Source: Minisyncoccota bacterium (GTDB taxonomy: Bacteria > Patescibacteriota > Minisyncoccia > Phycocordibacterales > UBA9973). From it: a DNA stretch of 64,000 nucleotides. This document shows positions 37,286 through 46,574 of the stretch, piece by piece (position 1 is the stretch's first letter; every line of letters begins with the position of its first letter). The position numbers and the translations under genes are program-made. The stretch covers positions 9,772 through 73,771 of the forward strand of contig JBAZSZ010000003.1 in assembly GCA_041662205.1 (NCBI GenBank). The letters run 5' to 3'. The notes below the pieces were generated by a model, which saw only the letters and a list, made by a program, of their open reading frames with translations, searched no databases and was not told the origin of the DNA.

Positions 37286-37930
37286 ATGAAAATGGACGAA
37301 TTTAAAAAATTAAAAAAGATAAAGTTATCTGATTACGAAAAAAGGAATCTTTTTAACCGTATTTCAAATTCAATAAAGGAAGATGGCGAGAATGTAGAAT
37401 TGCATTATCCTATACCGAGTCCCTTTTTTAGATTTTCATCCTTACTAGAGAACAAGAGATCATTTGTTTTAGTATTTTCTGTTTTCTTTTTATTTTTAAT
37501 TAGTACCACTGTTTTTGCTTCTTTCAATACTTTACCTGGAGATTTGCTTTATGGTGTGAAAATAAATGTGACAGAAAAAATTTCAGATCTTACTTATTTG
37601 ACCCCAGAGAGTAGGGCAGAACATAATCTTAGGAAAATTGAAAGAAGAATAAATGAATTTGAAAAATTGGCGGAGAAAGGTAGGCTTACAGAAGAAAATA
37701 CTAAAAAAATAGAAAAAGATGTTGATAAAAATTTTGGAGATTTTGATCATAATCTCGGACAAATAAAAAAAGATACAAAAGAAAATAAAAATCGTTTGGG
37801 TAAAATGTTAAGATCAGATCTTCAAAAGCACACTGAAAAAATAAAGAAAATAAGAGAAGATAAAAAAGTTTCTAATAAACGTGCGTTACAATCAGTGATT
37901 GAAAGAGTGCACTCTTCCGATAGTGAGTAA
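37286..37930 (+). CDS. putative anti-sigma factor, DUF5667-like
   Basis: TM helix then LPGDLLYGVK motif; directly after ECF sigma. Confidence 0.75.
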   Translation: MKMDEFKKLKKIKLSDYEKRNLFNRISNSIKEDGENVELHYPIPSPFFRFSSLLENKRSFVLVFSVFFLFLISTTVFASFNTLPGDLLYGVKINVTEKISDLTYLTPESRAEHNLRKIERRINEFEKLAEKGRLTEENTKKIEKDVDKNFGDFDHNLGQIKKDTKENKNRLGKMLRSDLQKHTEKIKKIREDKKVSNKRALQSVIERVHSSDSE

Positions 37931-37991
37931 AAATATAAAAGAATACTTAGATTAAAGGTTTTTAGGCCTCTAGGACAGTACACATGAAGTG

Positions 37992-38062
37992 CTACGGGAC
38001 TTGGACTCGAACCAAGATCACATCCTCCAGAGGGATGGGTCCTACCATTAGACGATCCCGTA
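37992..38062 (-). tRNA. tRNA-Gln(CTG)
   Basis: Reverse complement TACGGGATCGTCTAATGGTAGGAC...CTCTGGA...GGTTCGAGTCC...TCCCGTAG. Confidence 0.93.
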
Positions 38063-38122
38063 ATGGTTATTCTTACAATAGAACAAAATTACGTTTTTAT
38101 CAAACTGTTGTATAATGTATTG

Positions 38123-38812
38123 ATGAATATCAATTCAAAAACAACAACGAAGGTAGAGGAAGCGGCGGATTTTATTGCTACTTCTATTTTAAATCAATTA
38201 AAATCAGGCAGGCAGGTTTTGTTTTTTGTTACAGGAGGTTCTTCTATCGCTGTCGGGGCAAAAGTCTCAGAATTTTTGAGAAATAACTTAGAGCAGGATT
38301 TAACTAAAAATCTGACTATTATGATGACTGATGAGAGGTATGGACCGCTTGATCATCTAGATTCAAATTGGTATCAATTGATGCAGAAAGGTTTTAATCT
38401 TCCGGGAGCCTTACTTTTACCTATTTTAGATGGAAGTGATCGCGCTAGCACAACTCTTAAATTCAATACGAATCTTCAGCGAGAATTAATAGAAAATAAA
38501 GAAACAAGGTATAAAATAGGTTTGTTTGGTATAGGAGCAGATGGGCATACGTCTGGAATCTTGCCGAAAAGTGATGCAGTGAAATCCGAAGATTTTGCTT
38601 ATAGTTATGATACTCCCACCTTTTCTAGAATCACCATAACCCCAAAAGTAATAGAACAATTAGATGAAGTGGTGGTTTGGGTGCAGGGTGAAGAAAAATG
38701 GCAGGTAGTAAAAGATTTATTAACGGAGAATGTTGAAATAGAAAAACAACCAGCTCAAATATTAAAAAAAGTTCCTTTATTAACAATTTTTTCTGATTTT
38801 AAGATTAATTAA
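38123..38812 (+). CDS. pgl: 6-phosphogluconolactonase
   Basis: TGGSS, DERY, DSN, GIGADGHT, RITIT; coupled to zwf. Confidence 0.85.
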   Translation: MNINSKTTTKVEEAADFIATSILNQLKSGRQVLFFVTGGSSIAVGAKVSEFLRNNLEQDLTKNLTIMMTDERYGPLDHLDSNWYQLMQKGFNLPGALLLPILDGSDRASTTLKFNTNLQRELIENKETRYKIGLFGIGADGHTSGILPKSDAVKSEDFAYSYDTPTFSRITITPKVIEQLDEVVVWVQGEEKWQVVKDLLTENVEIEKQPAQILKKVPLLTIFSDFKIN

Positions 38813-40098
38813 TGGATAAAAATACACCGACAATTTTAGTTATTTTTGGAATCTCTGGAGACCTAGCCAAGAGATATTTATTGCCATCTATTAAAGCTAT
38901 CGCTAAAGCTAAAATGCTTCCGGATAAATTCAAAATAGTGGGTATTACCCGTCAAAAAAATTCTGAATTCTATCAAATGGATGTTACCAAGAAAGAAGAT
39001 TATAAAAAATTAGGAGAATATTTAACAGAAATAGAAAAAGATTTTAATCTGCCTGCAGGTCTCTCAGCACAACGTTTATTTTATTTATCTGTCCCTCCTA
39101 TCGTGTCCAAATCAATCATTGAGCTATTAGGGGAATCAGGCTTAGCTAAAATAGGGGAAACAAAATTGTTATTGGAAAAGCCTTTTGGAATTGATTTAGA
39201 AAATGCGATATATTTGGCGCACCATATCAAGCAATATTTTTCAGCAAGGCAAGTCTATAGAGTAGATCATTATCTGGCAAAAGAAACAGCACAAAATATT
39301 ATTGTTTTTCGCGAGGGAAATTCACTTTTCAAAAAAACTTGGAATAAAGATTTTATTGAAAGTATAGAAATTGTCGTGAGTGAAGAAATAGGAATAGAAG
39401 GACGTGCGAATTTTTATGAGCAAACAGGCGCCTTGCGAGATGTGGTCCAAAGTCATCTTTTGCAATTAGCTGCATTAACTTTGATGGCTTTACCAAAAAA
39501 TTTAGAAGAAGTACCACAAGAGAGATTGAATGCACTAAGACAGTTAAATATAGTTTGTGATATTGAAAATAGCGAATGTGTAAAACGAGGTCAATATGAA
39601 GGTTATCGTAAAGAAGTGGGGAATTCAAAAAGTAGTACAGAAACATTTGTCTCGGTAAATTTACAATCGAGTGACCCAATTTGGGCTGGGGTTGTTATAA
39701 AACTCACAACTGGCAAAGCTTTAAAAGAAAAACTCACAGTGATAAAAATTCGTTATAAAAAAGATAAAGAATTAGAATCAAATGAATTATTGTTGCGGAT
39801 TGCTCCGGATGCAGGAATAGAATTTAACATGTGGGCCAAGAAACCTGGGCTCGAACATCAAGTCAGCCGTCACGCACTTCATTTTTTATTTAAGGAACAT
39901 TATGGAGAATTGCCCGATGCTTATGAACAAGTTTTGTTCAATGCTATAAATGGAGATCACAATTTATTTACTTCAGGAGAGGAGGTGATCGAAACATGGA
40001 GGATTTTAGATGCGATACAGAAAACGTGGGAAAAATCTGGGGATGATTTAATAATTTATCCTAAGGGAAATACAATCGAAGAAGTTCTAGATATGTAG
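38812..40098 (+). CDS. zwf: glucose-6-phosphate 1-dehydrogenase
   Basis: FGISGDLA, EKPFG, RVDHYLAKE, GALRDVVQSHLLQ. Confidence 0.95.
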   Translation: MDKNTPTILVIFGISGDLAKRYLLPSIKAIAKAKMLPDKFKIVGITRQKNSEFYQMDVTKKEDYKKLGEYLTEIEKDFNLPAGLSAQRLFYLSVPPIVSKSIIELLGESGLAKIGETKLLLEKPFGIDLENAIYLAHHIKQYFSARQVYRVDHYLAKETAQNIIVFREGNSLFKKTWNKDFIESIEIVVSEEIGIEGRANFYEQTGALRDVVQSHLLQLAALTLMALPKNLEEVPQERLNALRQLNIVCDIENSECVKRGQYEGYRKEVGNSKSSTETFVSVNLQSSDPIWAGVVIKLTTGKALKEKLTVIKIRYKKDKELESNELLLRIAPDAGIEFNMWAKKPGLEHQVSRHALHFLFKEHYGELPDAYEQVLFNAINGDHNLFTSGEEVIETWRILDAIQKTWEKSGDDLIIYPKGNTIEEVLDM

Positions 40099-40153
40099 TT
40101 TACTTCTAATTAAAATTGCAATATCTAAGTTTTTCCACTATACTTAAGTCTCA

Positions 40154-41305
40154 ATGAGTAAAAAACCTTGGATTTTTTTAATAATTACGATATTTTTATT
40201 TGTCGTATTTTTTATATTTTTAGAGTTTTTTAGTAGTACTTTATCCTATAGTCAAGATGAAAAAGTAATAACTCAAAATACTAATAAAATTGAAAATAAA
40301 AAGATTACAGCGACTATTTCACCTCTTGATAAAGTGGCTTATGATAAAAAATTAAATGAGATAGCTAATAACCCCCCTGATCCAATAATTTACAATACAG
40401 TGAAAACTATTGAAAAAGACAAGAACGGTAAGTCCATAACTAAGCTTACTAAAGTTCCTGTTTCACCTCAGCCCACTCCTACGCATCTTTGGCCTGTGAA
40501 GACTGTTTATCCGAATGCTGGCGCTATTTTGCCATTTCATCGTATTATCGCTTATTATGGAAATTTGTATTCCACAAAAATGGGAGTATTAGGGCAATAC
40601 CCTGAGGCTATAATGTTGGCAAAATTAAAAACTGAAGTAGAAAAATGGAATGCTGCTGATCCTTCGACTCCAGTGATTCCTGCGCTTCATTATATCGTGG
40701 TGGTTGCTCAAGGGAGTGCTGGAGCTGATGGTAAATATAGAGCTCGCATGCCGAACTCGGAGATAAATAAAGTGCTCGCAATTGCAGCAAAAATTAATGC
40801 TCTTGTTTTTTTGGATGTGCAGGTTGGTTTTTCTAATATTCAGACAGAAGTCCCACTTTTGGAAAAATATTTAAAAATGCCACAAGTTCATTTGGGGATT
40901 GATCCAGAATTTTCTATGAAGTCAGGCATTCGGCCTGGGAAGGTAGTTGGCACCGTAGATGCCACTGATATAAATTTTGCTTCAAATTATTTAGCCAAGC
41001 TCGTGCGGGAAAATAATCTCACTCCAAAAATTCTTATTGTGCATCGCTATACGCAAAAGATGGTGACTAATTATAAACAGATTAAAACTTTACCAGAAGT
41101 ACAAATCATAATGCATATGGATGGTTGGGGAGTGCAGGCGAAGAAAATAAATACCTATCAGCAATTTGTTTACAAAGAACCTGTACAATTCACTGGTTTT
41201 AAATTATTTTATAAAAATGATCTTTTAACAAAAGGTACGACGCTCATAACCCCAGCCACTTTACTTAAATTAAATCCAAAACCGAGCTATATTCAGTATC
41301 AGTAA
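40154..41305 (+). CDS. membrane-anchored conserved hypothetical protein
   Basis: TM helix; AYYG..MGVLG, LDVQVG, HLGIDPEF, HMDGWG. Confidence 0.75.
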   Translation: MSKKPWIFLIITIFLFVVFFIFLEFFSSTLSYSQDEKVITQNTNKIENKKITATISPLDKVAYDKKLNEIANNPPDPIIYNTVKTIEKDKNGKSITKLTKVPVSPQPTPTHLWPVKTVYPNAGAILPFHRIIAYYGNLYSTKMGVLGQYPEAIMLAKLKTEVEKWNAADPSTPVIPALHYIVVVAQGSAGADGKYRARMPNSEINKVLAIAAKINALVFLDVQVGFSNIQTEVPLLEKYLKMPQVHLGIDPEFSMKSGIRPGKVVGTVDATDINFASNYLAKLVRENNLTPKILIVHRYTQKMVTNYKQIKTLPEVQIIMHMDGWGVQAKKINTYQQFVYKEPVQFTGFKLFYKNDLLTKGTTLITPATLLKLNPKPSYIQYQ

Positions 41306-41315
41306 TTGAGAAACA

Positions 41316-41343
41316 AAAGGAGCAGGCAAATGCCGACTCCTTT
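41316..41343. terminator. bidirectional terminator
   Basis: AAAAGGAG-CAGGCAAATGCCGA-CTCCTTT. Confidence 0.55.
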
Positions 41344-41357
41344 ATAGGATACCTGGT

Positions 41358-41489
41358 TCATTCCCATTGTGTAACGGGAGAAAAATATCCACATTGATCT
41401 TTTGAAGTAAATGTGCAAGTTGCACATTTATCTTTTTTTTCTACAGCCATGCTTGGATGTAGTTTAAAAAGACAGACTACGTGTTCCAT
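41358..41489 (-). CDS. 43-aa Cys-containing microprotein (below ORF track cutoff)
   Basis: MEHVVCLFKLHPSMAVEKKDKCATCTFTSKDQCGYFSPVTQWE with strong AGGAGG RBS. Confidence 0.5.
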   Translation of the reverse strand: MEHVVCLFKLHPSMAVEKKDKCATCTFTSKDQCGYFSPVTQWE

Positions 41490-41683
41490 TTTCCTTCCCT
41501 CCTTTCTGGGAAATATAACGAGCAACAAAGTGTTTCCTAATTATAACATTAATTTAAGATTAAATGTCAAGCTTTTTGTCAAAGAATGAAGATTGACAGG
41601 GGTATCCTTTAAATGTATAAAGGAAATAGAAAGATGTTTTTTAAATTCTTTAAAAGGGTACATATACCCAGAAAGGAGGAAAA

Positions 41684-41935
41684 ATGAAAGATGACCGTCC
41701 TGAAGTTTTGAAAGAGCATTACCCTGATTTTTTGGTGCGTTGGGCTTCTGACGCGTTAGAAAAAGGCGGGTTCGCTTCGGGAGACCTGCTGTTGCTCGGA
41801 CAGCCCGAGCAGCGTCAAAAGATTGCTGAATTTCGGCTCGTTTTGCATGATCGGGCCGAGATAGTTTTAAAACCCTCCATCCCCAAGATGGAGGAAGAAA
41901 AGCCCGAAAGTTATTTCGGGCAAGGTATAAGTTAA
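41684..41935 (+). CDS. hypothetical protein
   Basis: 83 aa, AGGAGG RBS, upstream TTGACA..TATAAA, downstream hairpin. Confidence 0.6.
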   Translation: MKDDRPEVLKEHYPDFLVRWASDALEKGGFASGDLLLLGQPEQRQKIAEFRLVLHDRAEIVLKPSIPKMEEEKPESYFGQGIS

Positions 41936-42035
41936 ATCAAGCCGTTCTCTCTAGCGCTGAAAAAGCCGTCTGGAGGAACGGTTTTTCATTTGCTTTTATT
42001 TTTCTTTTTTTATATTTTTTTGCTATAATATATTT

Positions 42036-42230
42036 ATGAATATAAATAAAGATTCAGTGCCACAAACAAAATCATATATGGATTATTCTGAAGAAGAAAG
42101 AAAATTATTGGTAGAAGGTATTCTTATAAATCGAAAAGAAGGTAAACCACCTACAGAAGATCAAAGGAAATTTCAAGAGGCGGAAGATATCTTTTTTGAA
42201 AAAGATAGTCAAGATCGACATGGACACTAA
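42036..42230 (+). CDS. small hypothetical protein
   Basis: 64 aa; TATAAT 6 nt before ATG. Confidence 0.55.
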   Translation: MNINKDSVPQTKSYMDYSEEERKLLVEGILINRKEGKPPTEDQRKFQEAEDIFFEKDSQDRHGH

Positions 42231-42621
42231 AAAAGAAAAAAAAGCGTGGAAGGATGTGGAACATGGACAAAGATTTTTAAATGCTTTTCGAGGGATAGGT
42301 GTTTTTTGGATTATGACGAATAGTTTATTTAGATATGTGTCATCCTTGGCGATTATATTAGTAATAATTTTAGGATTTTATCTTCATGTTTCTATTTCTG
42401 AATGGATTTCTTTAGTCTTTGCTATTGGTTTTGTTGTAGTTTCGGAAGCTTTTAATACAGCTATTGAGATAGATATAGATCTAACTTCTCCAGAATATCA
42501 TCCTTTTGCGAGAGATACGAAAGACGTAGCAGCTGCGGCTGTTGTTTTATCTGCACTTGTTTCTGTAATTGTAGGATTTATTATTTTCTTGCCTAAAATT
42601 TTTTTAATTGATAAAATATAA
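42220..42621 (+). CDS. dgkA: diacylglycerol/undecaprenol kinase family protein
   Basis: AFRG, EAFNTAIE, KDVAAAAV. Confidence 0.88.
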   Translation: MDTKKEKKAWKDVEHGQRFLNAFRGIGVFWIMTNSLFRYVSSLAIILVIILGFYLHVSISEWISLVFAIGFVVVSEAFNTAIEIDIDLTSPEYHPFARDTKDVAAAAVVLSALVSVIVGFIIFLPKIFLIDKI

Positions 42622-42623
42622 CC

Positions 42624-43013
42624 ATGAACAATAATGTAAAAATTTTCATTTTAATAATTTGTCTTTTGGTTTTAGGGGTGATTGCTACCGTCTTATTTCA
42701 ACCAAATGTTATTCCTTTAGGTCCTGGAAAATATGATGGATTTGCCACTTGCTTAAAAGATAAAGGAGCAGTTTTTTATGGAGCCTTTTGGTGTGCCCAT
42801 TGTCAAGAACAAAAGAAGCTTTTTGGTGTATCTCAGAAATTATTACCTTATGTTGAATGTTCTACTGCTAATGGTCAAGGCCAGACACAGATCTGCATAG
42901 ACAAGAAAATAACAAGTTATCCAACTTGGACGTTTGCTGATGGGACTATTCTAAATGGAGAGATTCCGTTACAACAGTTAGCCGATAAAACTTCTTGCGT
43001 ATTGCCTCAATAA
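42624..43013 (+). CDS. membrane-anchored thioredoxin-like protein
   Basis: YGAFWCAHC, YVEC, YPTW. Confidence 0.85.
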   Translation: MNNNVKIFILIICLLVLGVIATVLFQPNVIPLGPGKYDGFATCLKDKGAVFYGAFWCAHCQEQKKLFGVSQKLLPYVECSTANGQGQTQICIDKKITSYPTWTFADGTILNGEIPLQQLADKTSCVLPQ

Positions 43014-43051
43014 TAGACAATGTTTATATTATTAGTTAATCATTAAATTTT

Positions 43052-43117
43052 ATGGGAAAAGGAAATAACGCATATCGAAAAGATGTGAAAAAGCCTAAAA
43101 AGGCAAAAAAGAAATAA
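43052..43117 (+). CDS. 21-aa lysine-rich microprotein
   Basis: MGKGNNAYRKDVKKPKKAKKK, fills the intergenic gap. Confidence 0.45.
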   Translation: MGKGNNAYRKDVKKPKKAKKK

Positions 43118-43129
43118 TCTACATAGAAG

Positions 43130-43741
43130 ATGTCTCCGTTTACTAAAAGGGAAATTACGCTGATGCGGAAATTAAATACCCCTGCCAGGGTTCAGGATTT
43201 TTTAGATGGGCTAAGGTTTAATTTTGAGAAGGGAGGAGAAACATTAAAATCTCCTATTTTTACTTTAAGGACACGAAATGCACATTGTTTTGAGGGAGCT
43301 TTACTCGGCGCTTATATTTTGTCTTTACATGGTTTCAAACCTTATTTGATGCATTTCAAGGTAATGAAAGGAGATTATGATCATGTTATTACCTTATTCA
43401 AAGTAGGTGGGTTTTGGGGCGCATTATCAAAAACCAATCATGCGGTTTTGCGTTATCGTGAACCAATTTATAAGAATGTTAGGGAACTCGCTATGTCCTA
43501 TTTCCATGAATATTTTTTAAATAATAGAAAAAAAACATTAAGACAATATTCAGCCCTTCTCGATCTAAATACTTGTGAAAAAGATTGGGCAATTTCAGAG
43601 GATAATCTCTGGTATATAGATAAAAAATTAGACAGAATAAAACATTACGATATTGTTCCAAAAGCTTATCTCAAAAAACTTCGCAAGGCAGACAAAATTG
43701 AAATAGAGGCTACCAAAATTGTCGAGTTTAAAAAATACTAA
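43130..43741 (+). CDS. conserved hypothetical, transglutaminase-like
   Basis: AHCFEGA, DHV, WGALSKTN, LRYREP. Confidence 0.7.
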   Translation: MSPFTKREITLMRKLNTPARVQDFLDGLRFNFEKGGETLKSPIFTLRTRNAHCFEGALLGAYILSLHGFKPYLMHFKVMKGDYDHVITLFKVGGFWGALSKTNHAVLRYREPIYKNVRELAMSYFHEYFLNNRKKTLRQYSALLDLNTCEKDWAISEDNLWYIDKKLDRIKHYDIVPKAYLKKLRKADKIEIEATKIVEFKKY

Positions 43742-45512
43742 AAATACTATCTAGTAATTTTATAAACCAGTTTTTCTTTGTATTTTCCTTTTGTTCTATT
43801 TGATTTGTTGTAGGGATAGAATCAATGGCATTTATCACTGTAGCAGTATTTTCAAGTTTGTTATTTTTTATAATTTTTTTAGGAGCTTTCACCGCAATTT
43901 GATTTACTGTTGTAATTTTTGGCTTTTCAAACTTTTGCATTATTTGATTCCAAGTTTTACCAGATAATACAGAAGCAACATAAGAAGTTTCCCAGATTTT
44001 ATTATTTATATTGTCGTTTTTCGTTCCGCCATCGATGTCTTGTATTGTTGCCAGATAATCAAGTGGTGTGTCTTCATTTTTTTTCCAGTCTTCTATTTTC
44101 TCACCTAATGCGAGGATTCCTTCTATCGCCCAAGCAGTAGATGAAGCATTACCCCAGCCACCGTCTTCTTTTTGTTTTTGTTTTAAGAATTCTCTAGCTT
44201 TTACCAAACTTCCCATTACCTTTTCCCCTTCACCTGGTGAAGGGGAAAAGGTGGAGAGAGCCTCTATCGCTGCGCCTGTCATATCTACGGAATTATCCCA
44301 TGAACCATCTGCATTTTGTGCTTTTAGAACAAAAAGAATATCATCCTCTATCATTTTATCAGTTATTGTATAGCCTGCGTTTTGTAAAACAATTAAAGCA
44401 AATATGTCATCATTGTCTTCGTGGATATCTCCAAATTGTGTGCCATCAAAACTCTCTATAATTTTTTTAATGTAATTTAAACCACTCGTGTCGTATGGGT
44501 TCTGTCCTAGGGACATTAGGGCCATTGCGTGTCTTTCGTGATCTGTCAGAGATAGATTTTCTATTTTTATTTCTTTAAAATATTTAATCAATTTTGATAT
44601 TTGTTCTGGATAATTTGCCGATGCTAGTGCCATTGTTGTCCAATCAGTATACAAATCTTCGCCAAAAGATCCGTTTTCTTTTTGTTGTGACGCAAGAAAG
44701 TTGAAAGCCTTTTGTAAATCAAAAGAAAGTTTTGGTTTTGGAGCGATAGGTGCGACAAATATTCTACTCCCACCACTAGAACGTGAAACCACTGGCTCTG
44801 GAATGACAGCAGGTTCAGGGTTAGGCGCTGGTGGTGTTGTCACAGTTAGAGTTTCAGTTGGAAAGTAATAATCTTCTTTAATTCCAATATTATATGAACC
44901 AACACCTAATGGTGTAAAAATTGCTTGTCCATTTTCATCAACCGGTTGCACTTGAATTTCGGTTGGCGACCAAGGATCACTGGGATTTGGTTGCGTTGCT
45001 CCTATATTTACACTTGTTAAAGCCAGCCAGCTATTATTTTGATAATCATAATCTTGTGCGTTTATTGTTAAAATATCATTTGTATTTATTGAATTAGAAC
45101 TTAAAATTATTTTATGGTGTGGTCCAAAATAAAGATATACGCTTTCTACGCCAGTAAGAATTTTTTTATCTATTGCATCATAAGGATAAGAATTATTTAC
45201 CGTGTATTGCCAATTATCGCAACTGCTATCAATGCATTTTAAATAAAATCCCATACTGGAATATTGTAAATCAGTAATTGAAAAATTATCGCTTAAAGTA
45301 TCCGCATCCATTAATACTGAAAGAACACTATTAGCATCAACATCTTGTCCTTGTATTTGAATTGTTCCAGGTGTTTGAAGTGGAACAGCTCCGGAATAAA
45401 TAATATTGGCTTCGTTTCGTATTGTTAAATTAACATTTGCGGCTAAAACAACATTTTTCCCGACAAAAAACAACGTCACTAATAAAACTATTTTAATAAT
45501 TTTATTTTTCAT
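43728..45512 (-). CDS. secreted DUF4430-like + prenyltransferase/squalene-oxidase repeat protein (transcobalamin-like architecture)
   Basis: Signal peptide; WQYTVN beta domain; Pro-rich linker; QKENGSFG, QNADGSW, QKEDGGWG, QDIDGG repeats. Confidence 0.78.
   Translation of the reverse strand: MKNKIIKIVLLVTLFFVGKNVVLAANVNLTIRNEANIIYSGAVPLQTPGTIQIQGQDVDANSVLSVLMDADTLSDNFSITDLQYSSMGFYLKCIDSSCDNWQYTVNNSYPYDAIDKKILTGVESVYLYFGPHHKIILSSNSINTNDILTINAQDYDYQNNSWLALTSVNIGATQPNPSDPWSPTEIQVQPVDENGQAIFTPLGVGSYNIGIKEDYYFPTETLTVTTPPAPNPEPAVIPEPVVSRSSGGSRIFVAPIAPKPKLSFDLQKAFNFLASQQKENGSFGEDLYTDWTTMALASANYPEQISKLIKYFKEIKIENLSLTDHERHAMALMSLGQNPYDTSGLNYIKKIIESFDGTQFGDIHEDNDDIFALIVLQNAGYTITDKMIEDDILFVLKAQNADGSWDNSVDMTGAAIEALSTFSPSPGEGEKVMGSLVKAREFLKQKQKEDGGWGNASSTAWAIEGILALGEKIEDWKKNEDTPLDYLATIQDIDGGTKNDNINNKIWETSYVASVLSGKTWNQIMQKFEKPKITTVNQIAVKAPKKIIKNNKLENTATVINAIDSIPTTNQIEQKENTKKNWFIKLLDSIFSIF
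44223..44247. repeat. 25-bp REP-like unit in-frame in CDS
   Basis: TTCCCCTTCACCTGGTGAAGGGGAA, reads SPSPGEGE. Confidence 0.75.
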
Positions 45513-45861
45513 ATTTCCAAGAGACTATATCTCCAAAGTTAATTTTATAATTTGAAACACCGACTTGTGCTTCAATACCGTTCACATAATAAATCCAATT
45601 TTCTGACCCATTTCCTTTAATTCCATTTATCGAGTCTATAAATTTCCCAATTCCTGCATAATTTTTTTCTGTAAAATTTATTTTTCCTTCTTCTCGCAGT
45701 TTACTCATAAAATCATAAACACTCATTTCGCCCGTGATCGTATCTTTTAATTCAATATTGTTTATGAGGCTAGGTGTAGAAGTATGAGGTATTATAAAAA
45801 AAACGCTTAAAATAGCTATAAAAATTAAAATTATTAAAATTATTTTTTTTCTTTTAGACAT
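45502..45861 (-). CDS. membrane-anchored DUF4430 domain protein
   Basis: SVYDFM, GKFIDSING, WIYYVNG..AQVGVSNY.I..GD.V.W.Y. Confidence 0.88.
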   Translation of the reverse strand: MSKRKKIILIILIFIAILSVFFIIPHTSTPSLINNIELKDTITGEMSVYDFMSKLREEGKINFTEKNYAGIGKFIDSINGIKGNGSENWIYYVNGIEAQVGVSNYKINFGDIVSWKYEK

Positions 45862-45951
45862 AAAAAAATTCTGCTATTTTGAGCAGAATCTGAGAAACTT
45901 TCATTATAGGTAGAAATAAGGAAAGCTTATCCTGCTCGGGACACACATAAA

Positions 45952-46045
45952 ATGATTGGTATTCGGGCTTGTTCCTTCCACCTTTTGGTGTTTAGGACTT
46001 ACCGTAGCGGCACTGCACTGGAATCTAACCAGTTTCCCCAATCAC
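45952..46045 (-). ncRNA. cobalamin riboswitch (compact)
   Basis: Minus strand GTGATTGG-GGAAACTGGTTAGATTCCAGTGCAGTGCCGCTACGGTAAG...AAGCCCGAATA-CCAATCAT; located 5' of DUF4430 genes. Confidence 0.85.
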
Positions 46046-46094
46046 TTCTTTTAATTTTCAAGTTAACTCCTTTAGTATATACTTACATTATATT

Positions 46095-46574
46095 ATGTCA
46101 AAGAAGAATGTGGATATTAAGAAAACAAGAAATCAAAAAAGGGCACAAACCCGCCAAAGGCGGGAAAGAATAATGGTATTTGGAACTTTTGACGATTTGC
46201 ATCTCGGTCATTTTAATTTTTTTAAACAGGCAAAAAACATCGCGAAGAATTCATATTTAATTGTTTCAATAGGGAGAGATAAGAATGTTAAAAAAATAAA
46301 AGGGGAATATCCTTTAAAAAACGAAAGGGAAAGAATGATTTTAGTAAAAAAAAGCAAGCTCGCAGACAAGGTGGTTTTAGCTGGGAAAGAGAAATATTTA
46401 CCACATATCTTAAAAGAAAAAATAGATATGATTGCCCTTGGTTATGATCAAAAAGCATATGTACAAGAGCTAAAAAAAGACTTAAAAAATAAAGGTCTCT
46501 CTATAAAAATCGTACGCTTAAAACCTTATAAAGAAAAAATTTATAAAAATCACTTGATAAAAATGAAAAGATAA
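46095..46574 (+). CDS. cytidylyltransferase-family protein (RibL/FAD synthase-like)
   Basis: FGTFDDLHLGH, IALGYDQ. Confidence 0.85.
   Translation: MSKKNVDIKKTRNQKRAQTRQRRERIMVFGTFDDLHLGHFNFFKQAKNIAKNSYLIVSIGRDKNVKKIKGEYPLKNERERMILVKKSKLADKVVLAGKEKYLPHILKEKIDMIALGYDQKAYVQELKKDLKNKGLSIKIVRLKPYKEKIYKNHLIKMKR

Noticed and set aside
45952-46173. 73-aa plus-strand ORF
   Set aside because: Antisense to the cobalamin riboswitch
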